The notes below the pieces were generated by a model. It ran no database searches and was not told the DNA's origin. It worked only from the letters and a program-made list of their open reading frames with translations. From Azolla caroliniana (taxonomy: Eukaryota > Plantae > Polypodiophyta), in the NCBI GenBank assembly GCA_043228905.1, contig JBHGNT010000010.1:5518001-5582000 (forward strand): DNA of 64,000 nucleotides, given 5' to 3'. A program made the translations under genes and the position numbers. Positions 50,901 through 60,431 of the stretch are shown piece by piece; the stretch's first letter is position 1, and the number at the start of each line of letters is the position of its first letter.

Positions 50901-53900
50901 GGCGAAATCGTCAAGGAAAACCTGCGTAAAAGCCGGTATATATTCACCAAAGATTTCCATGATGATTCGTTGAAATGTTGCCGGTGCCGTTTTGAGTCCG
51001 AACATCATCACCACGACCACAAACACCCCCTATTCGGTGACGAATGCCGTTTTCTCTTGGTCGTCGGGGTGCATCCGGATCTGATTATACCTGCTGAATC
51101 CGTCTAGGAAGCTATAGACCTCATGGCCGGCGACGGCATCCAGCACTCCATCTGTGAATGGAAGTGGAAACGCATCCGTTACCGTAGCCACATTGAGTTT
51201 CCGGTAGTCCACGCAAACTCGAATTTTTCCGTTCTTCTTCTGTACGACTACGATCGGGCTCAACCATGTCGCTTTCTTTACCGGACGGATAAAGCCAACT
51301 CTTAGCAGTTTGTCGATTTCCTCCTTGACCTTGGCGGCATAATTGGGATTCATCCGGTACCGTCTTTGTGCCACTGGTTTTGCGTCCTTCCTCAAGTGCA
51401 CTTGATGCTGGTATAACTGAGGGTCGAGTCCTCGCATGTCTTCGTATGACCAGGCAAACACATCACGAAATTCCGTTAGAAGTGTTATCATCGTCGTTTT
51501 GTCTTCGGACTTCATCTCCTTGGCGTTGTGCACCGGTTTTGCTTCGTCCGTGGTGCCTAGGTTCACCTCTTCCAGTTGCGATGCTTTCATGCGCTATGAA
51601 ACGGCCATTTCCCGTTCCAACGCTTCCTGCGCTTGCCGTAACTCCCGGATTGCGTCTTTATCCGGTTCTGCTTTAGCCTCTTCCAGTTGCGGTAAGTATG
51701 GTGCTACTGCTTCAGCAATGTCAATTTCTGTTGAGCGGCAAGCTCAACCGGAGCCGGATCGGCTGAATAAGCCGGAGCCGGTAAGCGAGACGGATCGGGC
51801 GAAACGGATCGGTATGACGGTGAGCAACCGAACCGGCAAGCAATGGAGGCCGGGTGCAATCCGTAACCGGCAGTCCAATCGGAAGCCTAGTATAGGATAG
51901 ACTACTAGGTAGCTATAGTCTTGTAGTAAGTGTCAGATGCTCGTGTGAGCATTGAAGTACATGGTACTTCTGTCAGTCCCAAGAGGACTTGTATAAATAG
52001 TGCTACTTAGCACAGTGTGTATTTAGTGAGTCTTGATATAAATTTGAAATTGTGTTCTGCTCTATCTGTCTCTCTCGCTCTCTGTGTGTTGTTCTCTGTT
52101 TTACGCTTCCGCAAACACTTACATTTACATGGTATCAGAGCGCGAGGGTTGAGAACCTCTGCTGCAGACATTTACTCTTGAGAAGAAAACCCTAACAGGT
52201 CGAAAATAGACATAGTAGAAGACATGGATAGAGGCATGGCTACGTCGCTCCCGGTGGAGAAGCTCGACAGGAGCAACTACGCATCCTGGTCTTACAAGAT
52301 GCACCAGTACCTGCTTGGACATGGGTACTGGAGTTATGTCAAAGGAGCGAATGATGCGGCGCCAGACTCGGCACACAAGGACTTCCCGGTATGGGAACAG
52401 GCGGCAAGCAGGGTGATGTACTGCTTCGCGTCCAGTGTCGGCGATCAACTGCTCAGCCACATCCGTGACACCAAGACACCGAAGGATGCTTGGGGGAACC
52501 TGAAAAAGGTTTTCGCCGCAAGCACCACTGCCCGGAAGCTGCAACTCAGACAGGAGTTGAGCAATGTTCGATAGAAGAACATGTCCGTGGCAGACTACAC
52601 GGGCCGGATAAAGGAGATCTGGGACTCACTTGCCTCTATCAATGTTACCATAGAGGAAGACGAGATGGTGCAGGTATGTCTCGGAGGCCTGGCGTCCAAG
52701 TTCAGAGCGTTCCGGACTGCGGTGTGTACAAGGGAGAATACCCCCTCATTCTTCGACTTATAGTCGATGCTCCTTATAGAGGAGAACCACGCCGGTGCAT
52801 CTACCAGTGCATCCCCGGACAACCGAATGCTGTACACGGGAACGGATCGGCTCCGTGGGCGTGGTGGAAGAGGGGGGTCGGCACGCAATGGAGGCGGCCG
52901 GCAAGAGCAGGAACGGAGGCACTATGAGCGTGCCGACAGCAGTTCCGGGACTTCCACAAGCAGGGGGAGTCAAGGCGGTGCCGGAGGCCGGCAAGACAAA
53001 TCCGCTATGGAATGCTGGTACTGTGGCAAAAAAGGCCACAGGGAAAGCGAGTGCTGGAGAAAGCGTGCTGATTCGGACAAATCTGGATCCGGCAAGACCG
53101 GTAAGGATGGCCGACAAAACTCGCACTACGCAAACGGATCAGGAGGATCCGGAACCGGAAAGGCCGCTAAGGGACCAGCCTTGGTGATGAATCACAAGGC
53201 AGACTCAATGAAGAAGACCACTTCCAAAACGGAGGAAGTGTGGTATGTTAATTCCGACGCGTTGTCGTGCCCTTCGGCTCCGGATCGTTGCGTGAGTCGG
53301 GTGGGAACCGCCGAGGTTTTTGACTAGGAGGAAGAGGAATACAACTTAAGACTAGTTATGAATAGTGGAAAGAGAAGTAAGATAGCAATCTCGTGAATCC
53401 CACGAGTCTAGTGTAATTAAAACAATATTTAGATTATAAGGGCAATTAGATGGCAAAATTCGTGAATCCCACGAATATATTAGATCGATCAAACCTTGTA
53501 TCTTAATCAACAACCATATACATATTTTTCTCCTCCTTATATATAAAGATGGAAGAGGCTAAGCATGGCTTCATGCTTTTTCACCTAAAGTGCCCATGCA
53601 CACTAAATGTGCATGTGATGCTTTGTCATTTCCTAAATATAGGGCTCATGCACGCTAGATGTGCATGAGTCACTTTTAATGTCACGTGTAAATAAAATAT
53701 TCACACTCTAAAGAATACATGATTTTTACCTTTTAATAAAGGTATGTGTAAAGAATACATGATTTTTCGCTTCACGAGATCCTTCTTTGCTACCGAGTAG
53801 CTCCCGAAGCGAGAAATCTACCCGGCTATCCAAGATTCTTTCCTCGAACACTCTTTTCAAGTCGGTTTGTTGTTCTATGTCCGAGGCGAGCTTGAATGCC

Positions 53901-55372
53901 GGAGTCGCCTTTTCTTTTCCCTTACCTCCGGAGTTCCAGCTTTCCGGTATCTTCGATGGCCCGGCCACATCCTCCGTGCGTCGTCGTTTCTCGTCCACAT
54001 ACACCTTATGCAATTGACACAGGGCGTATACGCTATTCTTGTCGACAGGGCACTCCCATCCCGTAGCTTCCCGGACGCCTTCCGCGGTGCTTCGGATCTC
54101 GTTGGAGTCGGTTTTCTCGGTGTTTTCTAGAACTTCCGGCCAAAAAGACGTCTTTGCTCTCGATGACTCCCCGACACATATTCCCGCGGTTGTCGCATAG
54201 TTGCTTCTTGCCGCCAATTCCTCCTCGAGCACCTACTTCAAGCCGCCTTTCCGGAAGTTCGATCGGAGTGGCTTCCGAGAGTCCATCGAATGAATCCGGT
54301 TTCCCTCGTAGTAGATGAGATCCCGCCGTAGCGCCTCCTTATGCTCGTCGCAATCCCTCCGATCGTGTTCGGCGCTATCGCACCATATGCACCGTCGGTC
54401 CGTATACTTGGAGCTTGCGGGGCGGTCATCCGACTTCTTCACCATCGCGATCTTCAGATTCTCCATCTCCTTCAATAGTTGCTCCACCGTAGATGCATCA
54501 ATCCCCTTCTCGGTTGTAGTCTCTCGAGCCCTCAGTTGATGGTCTTCCAATCCGGTTCTCGGTTTCGGAATCGGTTCCGAAACCCTCTTTTCCTCGTCGG
54601 CAAGCCATTGCCCCCTCTTCGTGTATCGCGCGACGATATCCCGCATGCTTTCCCATGTTTCGGTGAGGCCGCTCTCCGTGGTCGTGTCCTCCAAGAGCAC
54701 TCCGAGATCTTTCCGGTCCCGGACGTTCACGGCTCGCAAGAACATGATCACCTTGTCCGGTACGAGGATAGCTTGATCTCTCGCGGACAACCTCCCGAAC
54801 CGGCTTTCGAATGCCGAAAACACATCAACGACCTTCAATCCCTTGTCCGGCGTCTCCACCCAATCTTCGAATCCCCTTCGCGTCGCCTTGGAGGAATCCT
54901 CGATGGCGAACGTCCTCTTTAGCTCTACTTCAAACGCTTCCCATGTCGGATTTTGCTGTCGTAGCCCATGGATGCTTGCTTGAAGCCCGTCGGTCGCCAC
55001 CCGGTTGAAGGACATCACTTGCAGTCCTTCCGATATTCCGCACCGTAGCATCTCCGCCTTGTAGTCCCGAAGATACCGCGACACGTCTTTCCCGTTGAAT
55101 TGCCTGTTTCGTTGCACGAGCCGCTCCACTGATGCCGCTATCTCCGACATCGCGCGTTGTTCTTGTAGCATGCGCTCGAACATCATCATCATGTTGCTAG
55201 CCTCCGGTTGTCAAGACTGAGAGAGAGAAAGAGAGAGAAAAAGAGATAGAGAGATAATTGAAAGAGAATTATTATATTGAAGCGTAAAATGGATTACAAA
55301 GAGTAGGCTACAAAATGGCGTTGAACCAATTTAGGTTTGGGATGGGTGGTAGATCCCTATTTATAAGTAATA

Positions 55373-55545
55373 GAGAACTCTCTAGAATATTCTAGGTTAT
55401 CCTAGAATGTAGAGTAATCTAGAAGATCTCTAGAGTATTCTAGAAGGTTCTAGTGGTATAGAACACTCTAGAATATTCTAGGTCATTCTAGAATGTAGAG
55501 TAATATAGAATATTCCTATGATATTAGATTTCATATTCTAGAGAC
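55373..55545. promoter_or_regulatory. Heat-shock-element array in chromovirus U3 (second copy at about 60684-60856)
   Basis: Perfect TTCtaGAAggTTC at 55438-55450 plus repeated GAAtaTTC and TTCtaGAA just upstream of the TATA box. Confidence 0.7.
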
Positions 55546-55671
55546 TATACATATAAGAATATTAATACAATGGTTAAGGATTTGACATGTGTACAACAAG
55601 GTCGTGGGTTCAAATCCTTTCAAGTCATAATGTGAGTGTCATGATCCTTTCGATGCATGATGTGACTGTTA

Positions 55672-58600
55672 TCATGACACTATCCCCCTTCTTCGACGAC
55701 ACGTTTCACGGGTCGTAGGGTTTGTAGGACCTGGTTTACAAGGATATTGGCGATGAAATGCATTGACGAGTTCTGCAGCATTGGAAAGATTTGTGGCAGG
55801 TTCCCAAGTTCGATCATTGGGGGTATAGCCTAGCCAATCGACCAAGTAATACAACTTGTTGCGCACGATTTTAGAATCGAGAACGGCAGCAACTTCAAAT
55901 TCAGGCCCGTCCAAGAACTCGACAGGTGGTGGGGGTGTCGTAAGACGGCCCGGAATTGAACTTGTAGTATAAGGTTCCAAAAGGGATACATGAAACACCG
56001 GATGAAGATGCATGTGCGGAGGGAGGTCAAGACGAAATGCAACATCACTTATCTTACCAGTGATCATGTAAGGGCCAAAACGTTGGTAATCCAATTTACT
56101 GCAAGGTCGAGTGGTCTTGATGTTGTGTTGGAGAAGCCATACATGATCCCCAATGCGGAACTTTTTTGAGGAGTCTAGACGATGACGATCGGCAAGCCTC
56201 TTGTGTGTAAATTGAGCATCGTGCAAATTGTGGAGAATGTTAGCTTGAATTTCTTGGAGGCGACTAAGACGATCCTCGGCAGCAGGGTTGGTAGGAACTT
56301 CTGGATGCGCATTCATCGTCCATCGAGGATGACAGCCCGTATTTGCGAAAAATGGGGAATATCCTGTAGAAGAATGGGCTGAGTTGTTGTAAGCGAATTC
56401 CGCCAAGTGCAAAAATGCAACCCAATCATCTTGTTGATAGTTGATGAAACAACGAAGATATTGTTCCAATGTCTGGTTGGTACGCTCTGTTTGGCCATTT
56501 GTTTCAGGATGATAGCCCGAAGAAAGCTTAACTGAAATGTGGAGAAGTTTGAACAGGTGCTTCCAAAACTTTGAGATGAATTGTGGACCACGATCACTAA
56601 TAATATCATCTGGCAGACCATGATGCTTAAATACCTCCCGCATAACGAGATCAGCCGTCTCTTGACTAGTAATCGACTTTGTACATGGCAAGAAATGTGC
56701 CATTTTGGTAAATCGATCAACCACTGTGAGAATTGCATCAAAACCTTTTGAAACTGGGAGATCAGTAATGAAGTCCAAGGATATAGACTTCCAAGGTGTT
56801 TCCGGAATGGGAAGTGGTTGTAGTAAGCCATAGGGTCGGTGACGAGGATTCTTTGATCGACAACATATATCACAACTCCGAACATACTCCTCAACAAAAT
56901 GACGAAGGCGAGGCCACCAATAGCGTCGAGAAATTATTTCTAGAGTCTTGTGAACTCCAAAATGACCAGCCATTGGTGAGTCATGGCAATGTTGCAAAAC
57001 TTGTAGCCGTGGGGGACCATCAGGAACATACAATAAATTTTGTCGAAATAGAAAACCATCATGCCAATAGAATTGACAATAGTCATTACGAGGATTTTTC
57101 GACTGTGAGCAAGAAGCACGATCCGGGACGATATGATCCAAAACATCCTTGGCGAAATCATCAGTGGCCATATGATCTCGAATGGAATCAAGAAGAGTGG
57201 AATTTTCAAGAGCTGTTATGGCGTTAACTACCATTAATCGTAATCGATTAGGACCCAAAAGGATTTGTTTTTGATGCTCAAAAGCAGGTTCCCCTGGACG
57301 AAGTTCCATATAAGAGCGCCGAGAAAGAGCATCTGCTTTGCCTTGCTGCATCCCAGGGCGATATATGATGATAAAGTCGAAGTGAGTCAAAAATTGCGCC
57401 CACCGGGCTTGTCGCCGACTCAAGACTCGAGCATTTTGGAAATAAGTCAGGTTCTTATGATCATTGTAGACAATGATCTGCTGAGAAGAACCTTCTAGGA
57501 AATGTCGCCATTGTTGAAACGAATCCACGATTGCAAGAAGCTCTTTGTCATGGATCTCGTAGTTGATCTCTGCAGCTTCAAACTTTCGTGAATGAAAGGC
57601 GACCGGGTGTAGTTGTCCATCATCTCCAGTCTGCGAGAGGACACTCCCTAGTGCAAAATCGGATGCATCGGCTTCGAGGATGAAGCGTTTTGTTGGGTCG
57701 ACATGTGCTAAGATAGGTGCCATTGTAAATGCTCGTTTTAAGCTTTCGAATGCCTCGGATGCATCTGAACTCCATATAAATGGTTGATCTTTATGTGTGA
57801 GCTGAGTAAGCGGAAGCACAACCTTGGAATAATCTTTAATAAATTTTCGATAAAAATTTGCAAACCCGAGAAAACATTGCACATCACGCACTGAAAGGGG
57901 CGTTTGCCACTCTAAAATTGCCTGTACCTTCATGGGGTCCATAGCAATACCATTTGACGATACAACATACCCCAAAAATTCCACTTGATTCTGGCCGAAA
58001 CTACACTTTTCTAATTTTGCGTAGAGACCATATTCTCGGAGTCGGCATAGTACTTGACGAACATGTGCATCATGCTCCTCTTGGGTCTTTGAGTAGATTA
58101 AAATATCATCTAGGTAAACTATAGTGAAGATATCAAGAAAATCTCGAAAAATATCGTTCGCCATATGTTGGAAAACAGCAGGTGCATTCGTGAGACCAAA
58201 TGGCATCACTGTATACTCAAAATGTCCATAGCGAGTGCGGAAAGCTGTCTTCCATTCATCCCCCTGGCGAATCCGAACTAGATTATATGCTCCGCGAAGG
58301 TCCAACTTCGTGAAATATTTTGCACCACTGAGACGTTCCAAAAGATTCGGGATTAATGGTAGAGCATATCTATTTCGGATAGTCACTTTGTTTAGCCCTC
58401 GATAATCCACGACCAACCGAAGAGTCCCATTCTTCTTCTTAACGAAGAAGATAGGTGCACCAGCAGGGGATCTAGAATGCCGAATGAATCCGTTTGCCAG
58501 ATTCTCATCAATATATTCCCGCAAAGTCTCTAGCTCTACAGGGGAGAGATTATAAATTGGGCCCCATGGAGGTTCTTTCCCTGGTTGTAAGTCAATAGGG

Positions 58601-59349
58601 CAGTCGTATGGCCGATGCTCCGGCAATGTATTGGCCTTCACCTTATCAAAGACATCTGAAAACTCCTTGTATTTCTTTGGTAGTTTAATATCCGCGTCAC
58701 GTGAAGTGGATGATGGAGTTGCTACTATTGCGAAGACGAACATGGCCTCGTTCCCCCCTTCCTCCCGCAACTGTCGTAAAGAGATGGGCGATAACTCCGG
58801 GGATCTATTAGCACATGTAGGAGAGAGGGATGCGGGATTTGTGCTTTTTTCCCGAGTCTCCTCAATTGTTCTTTTCATCCAATCAATCTTCGGGTTATGG
58901 AGTTCAAACCAGGGGAGACCTAGAACTATTGGGTGGTCCGGACTACGAATAATATTAAAAGAGATTATGCTTGCCAAATTGCCAAGAACTATCCTAATTG
59001 GCTCGGACTCCTCGACTATATCTCCTGATGCTATGGGACGTCCATCGATGACTCCTACGGCTACTGGGTTGGGAAGCTTATTCAAGAGGATGTTTTGTGA
59101 CAAGGCAAATTCACGATCCATGAAACAAGAGTTGGCTCCAGAATCTAGAAGGGCAGAGGCTAGGACTCGATGACATGTAGATGTGGTAAGCTCGACTTGT
59201 GCTGAAAAAACTCGACTCACTTGATTTGATGAAATGGAACCACGACTAGGAACTAACTCTACATAGCTAGGATGGTCCAGCCAAATGGCTCCTATTTTGG
59301 CCGGACTTACTCGTTTAACACATCCTCTAATTGACTCAAGACATCGAAT
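55672..59349 (-). CDS. pol: Chromovirus Pol (protease, RT, RNase H, integrase, chromodomain), in the -1 frame relative to gag
   Basis: LLDSGA, YLDD, EADASD, HHCC and DDE integrase, chromodomain EFEVAAVLD..YLVDWLGY..TWEP; frame open from 59349. Confidence 0.96.
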   Translation of the reverse strand: MRCLESIRGCVKRVSPAKIGAIWLDHPSYVELVPSRGSISSNQVSRVFSAQVELTTSTCHRVLASALLDSGANSCFMDREFALSQNILLNKLPNPVAVGVIDGRPIASGDIVEESEPIRIVLGNLASIISFNIIRSPDHPIVLGLPWFELHNPKIDWMKRTIEETREKSTNPASLSPTCANRSPELSPISLRQLREEGGNEAMFVFAIVATPSSTSRDADIKLPKKYKEFSDVFDKVKANTLPEHRPYDCPIDLQPGKEPPWGPIYNLSPVELETLREYIDENLANGFIRHSRSPAGAPIFFVKKKNGTLRLVVDYRGLNKVTIRNRYALPLIPNLLERLSGAKYFTKLDLRGAYNLVRIRQGDEWKTAFRTRYGHFEYTVMPFGLTNAPAVFQHMANDIFRDFLDIFTIVYLDDILIYSKTQEEHDAHVRQVLCRLREYGLYAKLEKCSFGQNQVEFLGYVVSSNGIAMDPMKVQAILEWQTPLSVRDVQCFLGFANFYRKFIKDYSKVVLPLTQLTHKDQPFIWSSDASEAFESLKRAFTMAPILAHVDPTKRFILEADASDFALGSVLSQTGDDGQLHPVAFHSRKFEAAEINYEIHDKELLAIVDSFQQWRHFLEGSSQQIIVYNDHKNLTYFQNARVLSRRQARWAQFLTHFDFIIIYRPGMQQGKADALSRRSYMELRPGEPAFEHQKQILLGPNRLRLMVVNAITALENSTLLDSIRDHMATDDFAKDVLDHIVPDRASCSQSKNPRNDYCQFYWHDGFLFRQNLLYVPDGPPRLQVLQHCHDSPMAGHFGVHKTLEIISRRYWWPRLRHFVEEYVRSCDICCRSKNPRHRPYGLLQPLPIPETPWKSISLDFITDLPVSKGFDAILTVVDRFTKMAHFLPCTKSITSQETADLVMREVFKHHGLPDDIISDRGPQFISKFWKHLFKLLHISVKLSSGYHPETNGQTERTNQTLEQYLRCFINYQQDDWVAFLHLAEFAYNNSAHSSTGYSPFFANTGCHPRWTMNAHPEVPTNPAAEDRLSRLQEIQANILHNLHDAQFTHKRLADRHRLDSSKKFRIGDHVWLLQHNIKTTRPCSKLDYQRFGPYMITGKISDVAFRLDLPPHMHLHPVFHVSLLEPYTTSSIPGRLTTPPPPVEFLDGPEFEVAAVLDSKIVRNKLYYLVDWLGYTPNDRTWEPATNLSNAAELVNAFHRQYPCKPGPTNPTTRETCRRRRGIVS

Positions 59350-60431
59350 CTATTCTCATGACATGGACTATGAGGCTTATTTATGTTATTAGAAGTAACA
59401 ATAGAACTCGATGTAGGGTTTTCATGGGCACTTACTTGGTATACTTGACGCCTAGGTTTATGTGGACAATTTACAGCTATATGTCCTGGACCACCACAAT
59501 ACAGGCAAAGGCGATGCGCTCGACGTCGTTGCTTCTCAGCATCTGATAACGGCCCACGACGTTGTGTTGACTCTATTTCCATCGGAGTTGGGCCATCCCT
59601 TGTAATGGGTCTAGAAACTTGTGGAGGCGTTGCGACTACGGAAGCGTAAGTCTGTTCAGGTTGGCGGCGTAACATTTGTTGGCGCTCAGAACGTCGCTCA
59701 AATAGGCGATTATCACATCGCACAGCTCGACTAATGGCTTCTGTAAGTGACTTCGGATCTTCAGGGAAAGTAAGAAGAAGATCTTTGACATCATTTCTCA
59801 AACCTTGACGGAATTGATCCATTAAAGCTGCCTCATCCCAAGGGATATCGCATGCCAAGAGACGGAAATCGGCTGCATAAGATGACGCGGGACAATCTCC
59901 TTGTCGGAGCCTTCGAATCTTGTTTATCGCTGTCCTAGTGCTGTCGGTGTCTCCGAAACTAGCTTGAAACTCTTTAACAAAGGCCTCGAAATCCTCCAGC
60001 AATGGTGATTTCTTCTCGAGAAGTGGTGCGAACCATGCTAACGATGTACCGCATAGCAAAGTTCCCACTAATCCCACACGAGCAGCATCAGTTGGATACC
60101 GATTGGGATGTAGCTGAATAACTAAACGAACTTGATTCAAAAAGCCTCGAAATAAAGACCTCGTACCATCAAACTTGGCAGGGAGGCTGATCTTTGGCTC
60201 TCTAGGGGAGTTCTGAGCCCCCGACGCTTGCTCTCGTAATGACAATATAGTCACCTCAAGTTGATGAACCCGCTGTGATAACTCTTCATATTGTTGAGCT
60301 TTTTCGGCGCTCACGTGTTGTAGATCTCCAAGTAGCCTTTGATTCTCATGCTCTAATGCCACAAATTTATTCGTGAGCATGTCGAGCTCAGAAAGAACAC
60401 GCATGTATTCTTGTTTGCTCACGGACTCCAT
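59307..60431 (-). CDS. gag: Chromovirus Gag (coiled coil, capsid, CCHC knuckle)
   Basis: PKISLPAKFDG, LRQG..YAADF, PTPMEI, CLYCGGPGHIAVNC. Confidence 0.95.
   Translation of the reverse strand: MESVSKQEYMRVLSELDMLTNKFVALEHENQRLLGDLQHVSAEKAQQYEELSQRVHQLEVTILSLREQASGAQNSPREPKISLPAKFDGTRSLFRGFLNQVRLVIQLHPNRYPTDAARVGLVGTLLCGTSLAWFAPLLEKKSPLLEDFEAFVKEFQASFGDTDSTRTAINKIRRLRQGDCPASSYAADFRLLACDIPWDEAALMDQFRQGLRNDVKDLLLTFPEDPKSLTEAISRAVRCDNRLFERRSERQQMLRRQPEQTYASVVATPPQVSRPITRDGPTPMEIESTQRRGPLSDAEKQRRRAHRLCLYCGGPGHIAVNCPHKPRRQVYQVSAHENPTSSSIVTSNNINKPHSPCHENRFDVLSQLEDVLNE

Larger units (their letters stand above)
41469..51728 (-). mobile_element. Element E: non-chromovirus Ty3/gypsy, 3' half (3' LTR 41469-41902, ORF3, IN, RNase H, RT)
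   Basis: RT (VFLDDF), RNase H (VFVDAS), IN with GPY motif across ORFs 51590-48630, separated by single TAG stops; interrupted at 51729 by copia 3. Confidence 0.92.

Noticed and set aside
59266-59296. H-type pseudoknot (loop UAGGA with downstream UCCUA) after the slippery site
   Set aside because: A 2-nt linker would have to span an 11-bp stem; only the hairpin is claimed.
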